In this document: piece after piece, positions 9,842 through 24,097 of the stretch
Layout of the letters: each line of letters begins with the position of its first letter
How positions within the stretch are numbered: the stretch's first letter is position 1
From: Wallemia ichthyophaga EXF-994
Lineage: Eukaryota > Fungi > Basidiomycota
Length of the DNA: 32,000 bases
Direction of reading: 5' to 3'
Assembly: GCF_000400465.1 (NCBI RefSeq)
Contig: NW_008806278.1
Coordinates: 382,592 to 414,591 of the forward strand
The notes under the pieces: generated by a model
The model's input: only the letters and a program-made list of their open reading frames with translations
The model's database searches: none
What the model was told of the DNA's origin: nothing
Program-made: the position numbers and the translations under genes

Positions 9842-10904
9842 CTACTCCTGCTGCCTTTCTTTCTTCTCTATATGCTCACGTATTTCGTTCCACTTGCTTT
9901 CCTCGATAGTGTACGACTCTTCCGCACTGGGGAAGTCTCTTGCGCGCACGCTCTGCGCATAACTCTCAATAGCCTCACCAGTTGCACCGCCAACGTCGCC
10001 GAACACCCTTACAAACCTCGGCCTGAAAGCGTCGAAAGCGCCTACCATGTCATTCTGCACGAGCACCTGTCCATCAGTACCCCCACCCGCGCCAATGCCG
10101 ATAGTGGGTACCTTGAGACGCTCAGTGATGTAATCACCCAGCTGCGGTGGTACAGCTTCGAGAAGAACTGCAAAAGCGCCTGCTTCCTGCACGGCTTTAC
10201 AATCCTCTACGATCGACAGCGCACTGCCCGCCGTCTTGCCCTGTACCCTGAACCCAGAAGTCTGCGTAGCACGCTGAGGCTGTAAACCAGCATGTGCAAT
10301 AACCGGAACACCCGCATCGACGACCTTTGCGATAACACGCGCCTCCTTGGCTCCCCCTTCAATCTTCACTCCATCCACGCCCCCTTCGCGCACGAGTCGG
10401 ATCGCTGCACCTACCGCCGCCTCGTCAGATAGACCCACATACCCGAAAGGGATATCAGCGATAATGAGCGGCGTACTCGCACCCCGACTGACCGCCTTGC
10501 AGTGGTGGATCATCTCGTCGAGTGTGAGTTGCGAGGTGGAGGTGTAGCCAAGTGCAGTGAACGCTAGACTATCACCGACGAGTGCTATGTTTATCCCGTC
10601 CTGTGTTGTGTGCGTGTGCTCAATGTTCTTCGCCGTCGGATAATCATAACACGTTAACACAGTTATCGGCATATGCTGCTTCTTGAGCTTGTTGAGACTG
10701 CTAATCGTGACCTTCCGCGCTGTTTGGAGGGTGAGTTGGTGTGTCTGTGTGCGTGCAATTCAACCCACGCTTCTCTATCGCTTTGCTCATTTGGCGGAGT
10801 TGGATGAGGTGGCTGCGTTGGCTGCGTTGGCTACCTTGAATTCCATGAGAGGCTTTGCCGCTAACTGCTTCTCGCACTCCTTGCAGTCCTCTTTTTAGCA
10901 TCAT
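9842..10904 (-). CDS. ECM31: Ketopantoate hydroxymethyltransferase (PanB), with mitochondrial presequence
   Basis: Exon 1 from ATG 10904, intron 10768-10720. KVTI..L..PITVLTCYDYPTA, LVGDSL, ADIPFG, GVKIEGG, HAGLQPQ, AGAFAVLLEAVP, TIGIGAG..DGQVLV. Confidence 0.95.
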
Positions 10905-11148
10905 TGCGTTGCTCGCTGGGAAGAGAGAAGACGGCGATCATACGATAACCGAGAAGCCAAGTTATAAATTTCGACAGACTTACAGATTCGAAGCTTCTTT
11001 CAAACTCATATTTCTCCGATTCAAAGCCTCGTAAGACCACTAACAAGGTCACTTGGTTCTACGGCACACTGTAAGACATTCCTGCCAGAAACAAGCATAA
11101 AAAAGCATCATAACAGTTGAAAGAGAGGAAATCTAGCAAGACCGCGTC

Positions 11149-12736
11149 TTAGCTTGATTTACAAGCGAAAGGATGTGAGTAAGACCCACTAGCAAACCCC
11201 ACCTTGATTGATTCAATGGCTATGTACATACCCAACGGTGTAATTACAGCAGCAAGGATTATAGTAAGAGCGGATAGTACCCCATGCCAACTTTCCCTGG
11301 ACTTGCGGACCACCCACCCGGTGAGCGATGACTGCCTCTCTTATTATCCCAAAGCCATATCACACCCGACAGTCCATACGTGAACCACATATTAGTAATG
11401 CTCGAGATGATCGAAAGCAGTGACGAGAAGAAGGGAATCAGCTGTGCAAGAACGAATGCGAGCATCCACGTAACAAACGCGAGCGCTGTCCAGATAGCCT
11501 GCGCTTTCCAATTATTACTTGTAAGCATTGGTTTCTCGCGGAAGAACTCTACTGTGGGTTTGTGCGTGTCAGTTTCAATGTCTCAGTATTTCAGCACCTA
11601 CTCACACCACAGCTGCTTAATGCCAACCAAAGCTGGCAAGACTCCAGCTACAATTATGGATACCATAGCTATCGCATAAGCCGCAATCTCAACTTTATAT
11701 CTTGGGATTGAGAGGGCTGGGCTCTTGACTTTATTCTCTCCCACCAGCGCATACACGCCGATACCAACGGTGATATAGAACAATGTTGAAACTAACTGCA
11801 CTACTCCAAGACTCTTCTTGAAGTCGTTGGGGTTCTTCATCTCGGAGCAGAAACTGAATATGGCTGCATGTCCCCCATACCTAGAAGCGACGTGAGTGAT
11901 GCATTACCCAAAAATGAGATATTCACGCAAATAATATATTTGTAAATGAGTTTATCACACCTATGAGGCCTGGATTTGCAGCAGCTTTGTATGTCACACT
12001 ACCGCTCGCATCTTTCCACTGATCTCTATCGACACCGCACGCGATGATAGTGATGAGACATGCCGTGACAATCGAGCCACAAGAGACGAAAGACGCATAT
12101 GATGTATGTTGAAACTTGCGAGGAATGGTGAACTGTGTTCGTATAAGACTGAGCATCTCTAAATAAACATTCTCCCACTCACTACGAAGCCAAGAAGCGC
12201 CATACAGAAGCCTAGTAGCACAGAGCAGCGCGCATTATGGCTCATCTCTACAAAAGCAGTTCCGCCACTATTTACATACGACGCGGCGATGAAGACAGTG
12301 TTGACCATTATACCGACAAACAGCACCCATTTAAATATGGGCCCTCCGACAACTTGGCCGGCGTCTGCAAAAGACATGACTGCTGGATGGTTCACTTTGA
12401 AGTCTATCAATATATATTCAGTCACCCAAGCCAGATAAGCAAGTCCAATGGTGGCGACTATCGTCGGCGCTATGCCTATCTGACTGGCAATATTGGGGAA
12501 CGATAACACTCCAAGCGCGAGTGTCTCAGCTAAGAGGAGCGCCGCTAGCATGATCTGTGAGAGGGTGTCTCGCAACTGAACTCCTCTCACCTCCTTGACA
12601 CCATCCCATTGTCCTATACTCTAAGTAGTCTTTGTTGCCTTTATTTTTTTCGAAAGCATCCACCTCTTCAACGCTCGTCTCGAAACCTTTTTTTTTCAAT
12701 ATCACTTTCATGGCTAGCTTTCTTTACTGTTGACAT
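11149..12736 (-). pseudogene. Mtr-type amino-acid transporter (Aa_trans), copy 1, with two apparent frameshifts
   Basis: YRTMGW, AETLALGVLSFP, YGGHAAIF..EMKNPNDF, HPFAC. Introns 12590-12545, 12182-12133, 11926-11881, 11605-11552. The frame breaks at an A9 run (12688-12696) and a G4 run (11280-11283). Could be sequencing error rather than a true pseudogene. Confidence 0.7.
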
Positions 12737-13010
12737 TTTTTGAACGTCCGAAGTTCAATTACCGGTAAATGTATTTCCTCTATCAGCTAATTATACCTTA
12801 TCGACAGGCACCGATCACTGATTGTCGCCCATCGACTATAGTAAGACTGATAGGCGAAATCGTGTATGTAATCAAGATATAAAGGTTTTTGATGACTCTT
12901 TAGTTACTATCTTTCTGCAAAATTTTTTTACGTATCTGTATGAGATAAGGTATGAAAATTTAGACACGTTGGCAGGATGCGCTGTTTGACTAGTTACGAG
13001 GAACAGGCAA

Positions 13011-13187
13011 GTGAAATCAACTCAATCAGTCTCATCATTATTTTCAACCTCCACAGGACTCTCAAAGTCGCGTAGACATACATTCTCCGGTCCACTCGCC
13101 ATTGAGTTGAGTCATCCTATACTAAAACCAAGTCTAGATGATCCAATAAATAAAAACAATTACCAAGACACTACCAGCCCACATCGG
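13011..13187 (+). pseudogene. Truncated duplicate of the N-terminal part of the C2H2 transcription factor gene at 16108
   Basis: VKSTQSVSS..SKSRRHTFSGPLAIELSHPILKPS.. is colinear for about 58 codons with VKSPGSVAS..TKSRRHTFSGPLVINLNHPIVQPS.. at about 16396-16565. No ATG and no zinc fingers. Confidence 0.85.
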
Positions 13188-13480
13188 AATATGAGCGGGA
13201 GGCTAATTATTCACCATCAAACTATTTCTGCACGTCAGGTTAAGGGAGGGCTATAAAGTCCCAGTTGCCAGCCTTCCACATTGTACTGCTACCGCCGTTA
13301 AAGAGAAAACTGAGACCTTTAGTTCTAACAAAGCCCCGTCTATGTACCAACACTTTCAATTGATGAGCGTGAAAAATTATATTCCTTAATTATACAAACC
13401 TTTAAACATTGCGTAAAATAAACATTAGAAAACATTAAACCCTAGAAAATGAAAGCAACTCAAGCAATAGTGCACCCAGC

Positions 13481-15009
13481 TCAGTCAGATTTACACGCGA
13501 ACGGATGTGAATACGCACCAGTGCTATAGCCATCTTTGATAGATTCGATAGCACTGTACATACCCAGCGGAGTGATGACAGAAGACATAATAATGATAAA
13601 CACCGAAAACGCGAACATGAGCGTCTTCTGTCTGTTGCTGAACCATCCTTCTGGTGATCTGTTACTGCCTTTCCTATTGTCATAGAGCCACATGATACCA
13701 GAAATGCCATAAGTGAACCACACCGTCAGCACGCTTGAGATGATAGACAGCAGCGAGGAAAAAAATGGGATTAGTTGGGCGAGGAAGAAACCAATCATCC
13801 AGGTAGTGAAGGCCAGCGCAATCCACGTTGTGTATGTCTTCCAGTCGTTTGAGGTCAGCATCTTTTTGCCTCTGAATGCTTCAACTATGAAGCGAGTCAG
13901 GAGAATCAACAAATATAAAACACATCTACCCCAGATTTGTTTCATTCCGTTCAGGGCTGGTATGACACCGCTTATTGTGATAGAGACAAGCGCAATCGCA
14001 TAAGCTGCTGTTTCCAATTTGTAGCCTGGGATTGACAGGGCTGGGCTCTTGACGTTCTCCTCTCCAACGAGCATGTACACACCGACACCGATAGTAATAT
14101 AGAAGGAGGTTGAAACAACTTGCACCATTGCCAAGCTTTTTTTGAAGTCGTTCGGTTTTTTCATCTCTGCCGCGTGTTAACATCTGCCAAAATTTGCGTT
14201 GGTGGAGAGAGTATTGCACCCACCTGAGACGAAGGCGAAAATCGCGGCATGACCCCCATAAGCGAAGATCATGTTCGTAAGAGAGTTCACAACGCCAGCG
14301 ACTCCAGGGTTGTTGGCAGCTCTCCACGTCGCATTGCTATACTCAGCCTGGTTCGCGCCGCATGCAATGATTGTAATGAGACAAGCCGTGATGATGGAGA
14401 TGCACGAAACGAACGAGGCCCAACTAGCGTGACTAAACTTCCGTGGAATAGTGCAAACGAATCCGAACAGTGCCATACAGAAGCAGAGCAAAACTGAACA
14501 TCTGGCGTTACGACTCATCTCAGTGAAAGCCGTGCCACCGCTGTTGACATGAGATGCTTGAATGAGGACTGACTTGAGCACTATTCCAATGAGCATCACC
14601 CACTTGAAGATTGAACCACCAATTATTCGGCCCACATCCGCAAAGTTCATGACACTAGGATGATTTACTTTGAAGTCTACTAGAATATAACCAGTAATCC
14701 AGGCTAAAAAGGCAAGGATGATTGTAGCGACAATTGTAGGTGCTACGCCAATTTGCGCTGCCAAATTAGGGAAGGACAAAACACCCAACGCGAGAGTTTC
14801 AGCAAGGAGAAGACCGCCAGCCTGTCTAATGTTAGGAGGTGTTAAATTAGGGACATACCCACCTGGAACCAATTTAAAGTGCGGTATTCAACGTATCCTT
14901 CAGTCCCTTTCAGATGTTCAAATGCGTCCACTTCCTCGTCAACATCGCGGATGTTTACTGGTCTATGGACGGCGCTTTTTTCTGAATCAACTGATGCTTT
15001 GTCTTTCAT
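13481..15009 (-). CDS. Mtr-type neutral amino-acid transporter (Aa_trans), copy 2, intact
   Basis: MKDKASVDSEK..YVEYRTLNWFQ|AGGLLLAETLALG..YGGHAAIFAFVSE|MKKPNDF..HPFACKSD. Introns 14862-14822, 14223-14167, 13929-13885. Confidence 0.92.
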
Positions 15010-16107
15010 TTTGTGAGTCTTTGGTGTTAATGAAAAAGGGGCAATTAGCTGGATTTATGGGAATTGGACGGGTGCCTGAGACAGATAAGTGCTTATCTAG
15101 TGTGGAGAAATCGCTGGATAAAGCAAGAAAAATTTCCGAGAAATGTTATGCCAGTGTTAAAACTGGCCTTTCTGTCATATGCTGTTGTATTTGGCTGTAA
15201 GCTCATCTTATAATCCAAGCCTAATGTCTTATCTGCAAGTCCAAGCGACGCTAAGATAAGGTGTAGTTTTGATTTGTGGTACTTGTAGAATTGCTGATAT
15301 GTGACACTCATCTTCGTGAGCCAAAAAACGGTTGAAGTAAAAACATTTTGAAAGACAGTCTTGTGCAATTCGTATGTCCAACTCTTCATAGTCTTCAAAT
15401 AGCGTTTTCAACTATCCCAAACAAAATTGTGAAGAATAAATAAGAGAAAAGGGGTAGAAGCTCTTAATTACTAGTCAAGTGCCTCAAGGTGTAGAAGTGA
15501 AAGTTTTCTCTAAGGTACACGCGCTTTCAAACACTTGGGAAAAGCCCTGCCAACTCCAAAACCATTGGCTGTACTTAAAGCCCAGTTGCTGTCAATGGAT
15601 AATGTAGTTTCTTCGCAACGAATTACGTAAGCCTGTGGAAAGCGAGAAGCGTGTTAAGGCCAGGTTCTAAGACGAAGAGATCAGAGTGGGAGAACGCTAC
15701 TTTGTGAGTATTACATAAGGCGTATGATGTTATTCACAGATATATGATGTTAAACCGAAGAATGATGTTATTTTCGGATAGGGTAAAGTGATCAGGTTTA
15801 ATACAATATAACGCTGGAACTAGGTGAGCCTCGAAAAACAACTTTTATTGTAATATCACCCACTTGATCGCCACCGACACAGTGAATTGCGTAATGGGCA
15901 TGATGTCATAACACAAGACGTGTAAAATTTACGATAAAAGTTACAGTAAAAGCCTTTATAAGCATAAAGTGAGCAATATTGAATAGAATGAAGCTTAAAA
16001 AGAAAAATATCTATTTTACCGAACTTTCGGATTAGTTGTGGAGCTTGTATAATTTTCCAAGGGCAATGATGATCGTTAAGAACAACCAAGTGATCGACGA
16101 GGAAAAA

Positions 16108-18100
16108 ATGGAGGGTGGTAAGTGGATTCAGCTAAGTGCGCGTATATAAGTTTAACTAGAATTCCCAATAGCCACGTCGACTTCGACTTCAAATTCAGCA
16201 ATTTCATTTGATATATCCGGGGGGAATACAGAATCTAATGAAGCAAGTAATTATACAAGTGGTGGTAGTGGGGAGTATCAGGATATTCCTAAAAGGCTTT
16301 CAGTCAACCGCCAAAGATCCTCATCGTTGAATAAGCTCGATCCATTGAAATTTGGATTGAATCACGTGAATTTTATTCAAAATAACGATTCAGAAGTTAA
16401 GTCACCCGGATCCGTTGCTTCATCTTCTTCTGCCTCTACAGAATCTACAAAGTCGCGTAGACATACCTTCTCTGGTCCACTCGTGATTAACTTGAATCAC
16501 CCTATAGTACAACCAAGTATAAGTAATCTAATAAATCAAGACAATCACCAGCACACTTCTCCCTCTCAATACCAATTTGATAAAGTCTTACCCGCAGAAC
16601 CATTACCTCAAATGCCTGCACCTTTACCTACACCAACTTATAGAAAATATCATAAGCCACATGGACAAAGCTCTGAGCACCCACCAGAACTTATCCCTTT
16701 CTCTTCTTCATTGCAGTTACCTTCTTTGCACAATTGGTCTCTTGATAGCTCTGCTTTACCCCGCAAAATGACTACGAATAAGCGCAAATTGGGTAATGAC
16801 GTTGATAATCACCACTCGAGTACAACTAGTCAAGCCATTGCTGCTTCTCAACAAGACGATGAGTACGCAAATTCCCAAGTGCGCAAGTTGGATAATGAGC
16901 CTGACTTGAATCAAGCAAGCGGTAGTGCAAATGCAAGTGCAAATCCAAACGTAAACGCAACTGCCTCAACTTCCAATACAACTCATCAGCTAACTCCGAC
17001 CCACTCAACCACTTCAACTGCTTCAACTTCGAAAGGAAAAATCTACACGTGTGAATACTGTTATAAGACATTCAACAGACCTTCTTCATTGAAGGTGAGT
17101 CGGACTTATTAAAAGCGAGGGAGCTCCCACTCACACGATATAGATACACACCTACTCACACACAGGTGAACGTCCGTTCGTCTGCCAAGTCACTGGCTGT
17201 AACAGGTCATTTTCAGTGGCATCCAATTTGAAGCGACACGCCAAAGTGCACAACAACTCGTCCCATGGGAGTGAGCAACAAGAGCAACACGAGCAACCTG
17301 AACAGCAAGAGCTACCCCAGCAATACACTCAAAACAACGTGTCCCAGCAACACACTAACAAGATTACAAATAAGATTACAAATGTTGACTCACCCACACT
17401 AACCAAAGAACCTTCTCCTATGGATCTCACACTGTCACAGGTGGATAAGCAAGCCAGCGGCTTACACAGCGGTAGTAGCGGAGAAAGTAGTGGTGACAGC
17501 AAGCATAATTCAGGCGGGGCTGGAGAATATGCAGATATGGAAGATGACAGTAGTAGTGGGAATGAGAAGAAGAGGGAGAATGAGGATGATAGCGTTACGC
17601 TAGCCCAGGATGTTAATAGTCGCAAGAACAGTCGGCACAATGCCCAGGTTGTAAATGGTACAGGTGATTGGCAAGGTGCACATGGTGCTCATGATGCGCA
17701 TCAATCATATGGTGCACCGCCCAGTCTTGAACGTACGAGTCAGGTGATCGACGGTAAATTGAAATCAACGATGCGCGTACCACAAACTCAAGCAGCTAAC
17801 GACAAGAGAATGATAAATGCTCTTAACAATGGTAGATCAATTTCTATCGATGGCAAATCATTGACTTTGCAATCTGCAAATCGAAGCATCAACAAGAATG
17901 GAACGATTGTTTCGAGCAAGTACCACAACGAGGATAGACAGGCGGCGCTGAAGGAGGAAGAGAAACTGAAGCAGAAGCAGAAACAGAGACAGGTTGACGA
18001 TGAAGATGACTACGATTCCTCGAATGAGATCTACTCATCACCCAATGAAGACGACGAGGATATGTGCAAACTTCCAATCAAGCAGAAAATACTCAATTGA
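16108..18100 (+). CDS. C2H2 double zinc-finger transcription factor, MtfA-like
   Basis: ATG 16108, introns 16118-16171 and 17095-17143. YTCEYCYKTFNRPSSLK|IHTYSHTGERPFVCQVTGCNRSFSVASNLKRHAKVH resembles the RPSSLxIH..HTGEKPF.C...C...FSV.SNMKRH signature of the Aspergillus MtfA-type fingers. Confidence 0.9.
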
Positions 18101-18289
18101 GATGGACTTGCGACTAGTTAAACTTGAGAATTATAATCATGGTTCAATAATATGCAACAGTATTAATTTATCGATATTCAACAAATCAACATCCAACTTC
18201 TCACTTAACTCAAAGAAATTTGTATTACTTTATTTGTAATGTGCAATATAGTCAATGTACATTAAAGGCATTTTAATGCCACCCACACA

Positions 18290-19614
18290 TCAATTCAAAC
18301 CGGAGCGGATATTTTCGAAACGTGAGTGAGGGTATTCGAGATGATTGTTGATGCCATCGAGTCTACCAAAGTTGAGAGCGACGTTAACGACGATACTTCT
18401 GTTAGTTTGTTGATGGTCACCGCTTAGCTCCCAATACATACCACCGCCGAGGTTATTAGACTTGATGTATTCAGCCTTACGTAATGCGATATCGATATTA
18501 TCGTAAGTGACAAACTCTTTGGAGGATGTTGAGTACGAGTAGGAGGCCATTCTATCGCCATCAAAATATTCTTGCGCGTCAGGCTGAGGGAGGGCTTTGT
18601 AGTCGTAGTTGCCAGCTTCCCAGCTGCCGCCGCCTACGCCTTTGAAGGGGTGACCGAGGCCGTTAGTGCTAGCGAAGCTGCGACCATACAGCGGCATACC
18701 CTGGTGTGAAATGAGTGAGATGAGTGAGAGCGATCGAGAATAACTCCACTCACAACAACTAGCTTATCTCCAGCCACACCTCTACTTCTGTACCAATTGA
18801 CTGCCGTTTCCACACTCATAGGCTGGCCACGGAGGTTGGATTGGTGTGCAGTGTGTGAATCCCAGCTACCGCTGAAATCATACGTCATCAGATTCCAGAA
18901 ACTGAGATACTTGTCCATTTCTCCAACGTATAGTATCTCATAAGTGGAGGCACCGCAAGGGGCAGCGATGGTGAGTTCGTATGGGTTGTTGTTAGGGTGA
19001 AGGGCATCTAATGCAGTACGCAACTCTCTCAGCAACTCCACATATCCCCAAGCTTGTTCGGCGTTACCCGGGTATTCATAGTCGATGTCGAGACCGTCGA
19101 GAGCGTAGTCCTGAAGGATCTGTATGGCTGATTGAACAAACGTCGAGCGCATTGAAGGGTCTACAACCATAGCATGGAAATTTGGTGAATATGTCCACCC
19201 CCCAATGCTCATAATCAGCTTGAGGTGGCGGTTGCGCTGTTTGAGGTGGTATATCTGCTTGAGGTTACCGTAAAGATTGCGGCCGCTATCGTCGTATGGG
19301 TCGCCGTTGCCTGGTTTCTGCTCGTCTGCCCAAGAGTCGCTGAGTTTGACTCTACCTGTAGCAGCGTCTACATCAGCGAATGCGTAGAGGAGGTGGGTGA
19401 GGTAGGCAGCGGGGATATTCTCCACTTGATAGTCACGACCGTAAATGCCCCAGTTTGTGAAGTAGCCGACGTTTCTGAATCCAGTAGACATTTCCACGTG
19501 TTTTATTGAAGGATTGCTGGAATACTTGAGCTTTATCGTGTGTATGCACGAGTAAATTAGCAGTGAAATGAAGAAAAACCCTACAGCTTTAATAGCCCTG
19601 AGAGCTTTGGTCAT
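18290..19614 (-). CDS. GH18 chitinase (fungal group A); start at 19614 or 19491
   Basis: RNVGYFTNWGIYGR, LLYAFA, SIGGWTYS, intact DGLDIDYEYP (DxxDxDxE), LMTYDF, GMPLYGR, LGGGMYWELSGD. Intron 18753-18701. Confidence 0.95.
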
Positions 19615-19637
19615 CTGCGTGGATAAGGGCAATTAAA

Positions 19638-20340
19638 ATGGGTGGTGTGTTTGTGGTGTTTGCTGGGGTTACACTAAAACCCTTACAGACAATCTCTACG
19701 AGTATATATTCAAGTCTCAAGTCACTGGGCTAAATCTTACACCAGCCAGCACTGCCTCCGACGTCATCAAGGAGTACAACAACCGCAACACCCTCACACC
19801 CCACATAGAGACGCTTGTTGATGACCAGCTAATCGTATTTATCCCGTTTACTGTCTCAGTGAAACTAAAATCCATTCTGCTTGGAATCGATGGCGGTGAA
19901 CAGCGGCCGAGTGCCGTGAAGATATACTCAAACACGCCCCACTGCCCCGATTTCGACCAGCTCGAAGGCAGTGTTTGCTTACAGGACATGTCCTTGGAGA
20001 GTACGCAGGAGGATGACATCGCCCGCCAACCCTCATTAACGAAAGAATACCCGCTACGGGTCGCACGCTTCACGAACGTCTACTCCATCGCTCTCTTCTT
20101 CCCCTCTTCCGTCGGCCGCGCGCGCAGCAGGCTGTACTACGTCGGCTTCAAAGGCGAAACACTTGCGCCGCACAAAGAGAACCAAGATAGGGTAAGTGCG
20201 GTATGGGAATGCTGTTGAGCAGCTAGCTCACATTCGCTCAGATGCAAATAGCAGCGTCGAACGCCGGCGACACTCCCATCCAGCACCTCAAGCAGCAGGC
20301 GGGCGGGAACGTGGCAACGACGAGCAACTACGCGGCGTGA
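19638..20340 (+). CDS. PITH domain protein (PITHD1-like)
   Basis: Introns 19645-19688 and 20192-20241. DNLYEYI..DDQLIVFIPFTVSVKLKSI..PSAVKIY..DF..EYPLRVARFTNV..LFF..SRLYYVGFKG. Confidence 0.88.
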
Positions 20341-21739
20341 AAAGGGCTTGATTTATTGTACAAGTAGAAAAAATAACTGAAAAGCAGCACCAACACACCT
20401 ATCAACACACTCACAGCACCCAGCACATCATGCCTGCCCCCAGCCAGCCGGTGCAAATGGAGCGTGTAGGCCAACGTCCGCACACTCCCACCTACGAAAC
20501 CCAACGTGCGCACTCCGCACACGCTGTCCACCTCGTACGGTGTGAGGTCGACAGAGTGCTCGCTATTATTCACCATAGCACGCGCCACAGCGGGAAATAC
20601 ACACGCAGGCCGCCCCATACCGACCATATCGCAAAGCTGTTCACTCAGTAGGCGATCGATCGTAGTGCGTGAGCGGATACCTCCTGTGAGAATGAGACGG
20701 GGTGATTGGGTGATTGGGTGGTTAGCGTGGCTTGAGTGCACATGGTGTTCATCCGCACCATCCACACTCCTCCGAATCTTCCGCGCAAACTCCTCAAAGA
20801 AGACGCCTTGAGAACGGCTCAAGAAAGCGAGTGAGTCATAACTCCCACCGCTGATTTCGACAAAGTCAATGGCTACATCTGAGTTAACGATAGCCAAGTA
20901 ATTCTCCAGCGCATCTTCCATCAACAAACCACTGCGCTGTTTATGGTTACTGTGATTGTTGTAATCACCCGCAGAGAGTTTGACACCGATGCAGAAAGTA
21001 TCCCCACACGCGCTACGCACAGCGCGAAGGATCTGCACGAGAATTGTGCACCGCACACCGTACGCGTCAGTGCGCCTATTAGTGCCCGGCGAAAGAAACT
21101 GCGCGAGGAGGTAGCCATGAGCAGCGTGTATCTGTACGCCATCAAATCCGCTGCGCTGGAGGAAGAGGGCAGCGTTGATGAATTGAGAAATAATTGCGTG
21201 TACTTCAATCTCGCTCAGTGCACGACAAGGCGGGAAGAGAGGGCTGATGGTTTTACTTTGCCTGATGCTTTCGCTCCCACTCCCACTCCCACTCCCACTG
21301 GCCGAGACATTGCGCGTCCACGGCGCTTTCGAGAAGGTCCATCGCGTCGATTGTGCACCGGGATGATTGAGCTGGCCAATGAGAGGAGTATGCGGGACTG
21401 CCTGGGCGAGCCTGCGCCACTTGTTCTCCTCGTATTTCCCATGCTTCTCTGATGCATGACTTTGCAGCGTCGCGTCGAATGGCAGGCCTATATGGCGGGA
21501 ATCGACTTGTATATTGCCCGTTATTATCATTCCCCATCCACCTACATCCCACTGTTGATAGAGACGCACGAGCGCGGGTGTCGGCGCACTGCCTCCGAGC
21601 TTGCACAACGACTCTTCTAGCGCTGACTGCTAGTGTGAGCACTTGGCTCTCTGTCCCTGCTTCCCTCTCTCACCTTGACAAGCCTATTCTGCAATGTAAT
21701 CCCACAGCGTAGCTCTATCGGCGTGCCACACGACGTCAT
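20328..21739 (-). CDS. Old-yellow-enzyme family NADH:flavin oxidoreductase with hydrophobic C-terminal tail
   Basis: ATG 21739, intron 21673-21627 giving LQNRLVK|SALEE. GGWGMIITGNIQVD, QLNHPG, GFDGVQIHAAHGYLLAQFLSP.TNRRTDAYG, LTGGIRS, GMGRP. Confidence 0.92.
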
Positions 21740-21928
21740 CGTTCACAACAAAGTTAAAACGCAAAACGCAAAGAGCAAAAATTTAAGGCTGGTAAAGTAA
21801 AAGCATTTATTAAGAAGCGAGCGATATAAAAAAGTCTTGATAAAAATGCTAGCAGCTAAGTGTTCTCGGTTATAGAAATAGATGCAAATTTTTGATATAT
21901 GCTATTAAAGTATGCCAACACCACAACC

Positions 21929-24097
<2,169 letters not shown>

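Noticed and set aside
9319-10904. DUF1772 oxygenase-like gene as sign of a secondary-metabolite cluster
   Set aside because: No PKS/NRPS or tailoring genes nearby; neighbours are housekeeping genes.
15093-15411. Two overlapping minus-strand ORFs, one with FLAHEDECH suggestive of a DDE transposase fragment
   Set aside because: No recognisable motif context, TIRs or length; AT-rich promoter region.
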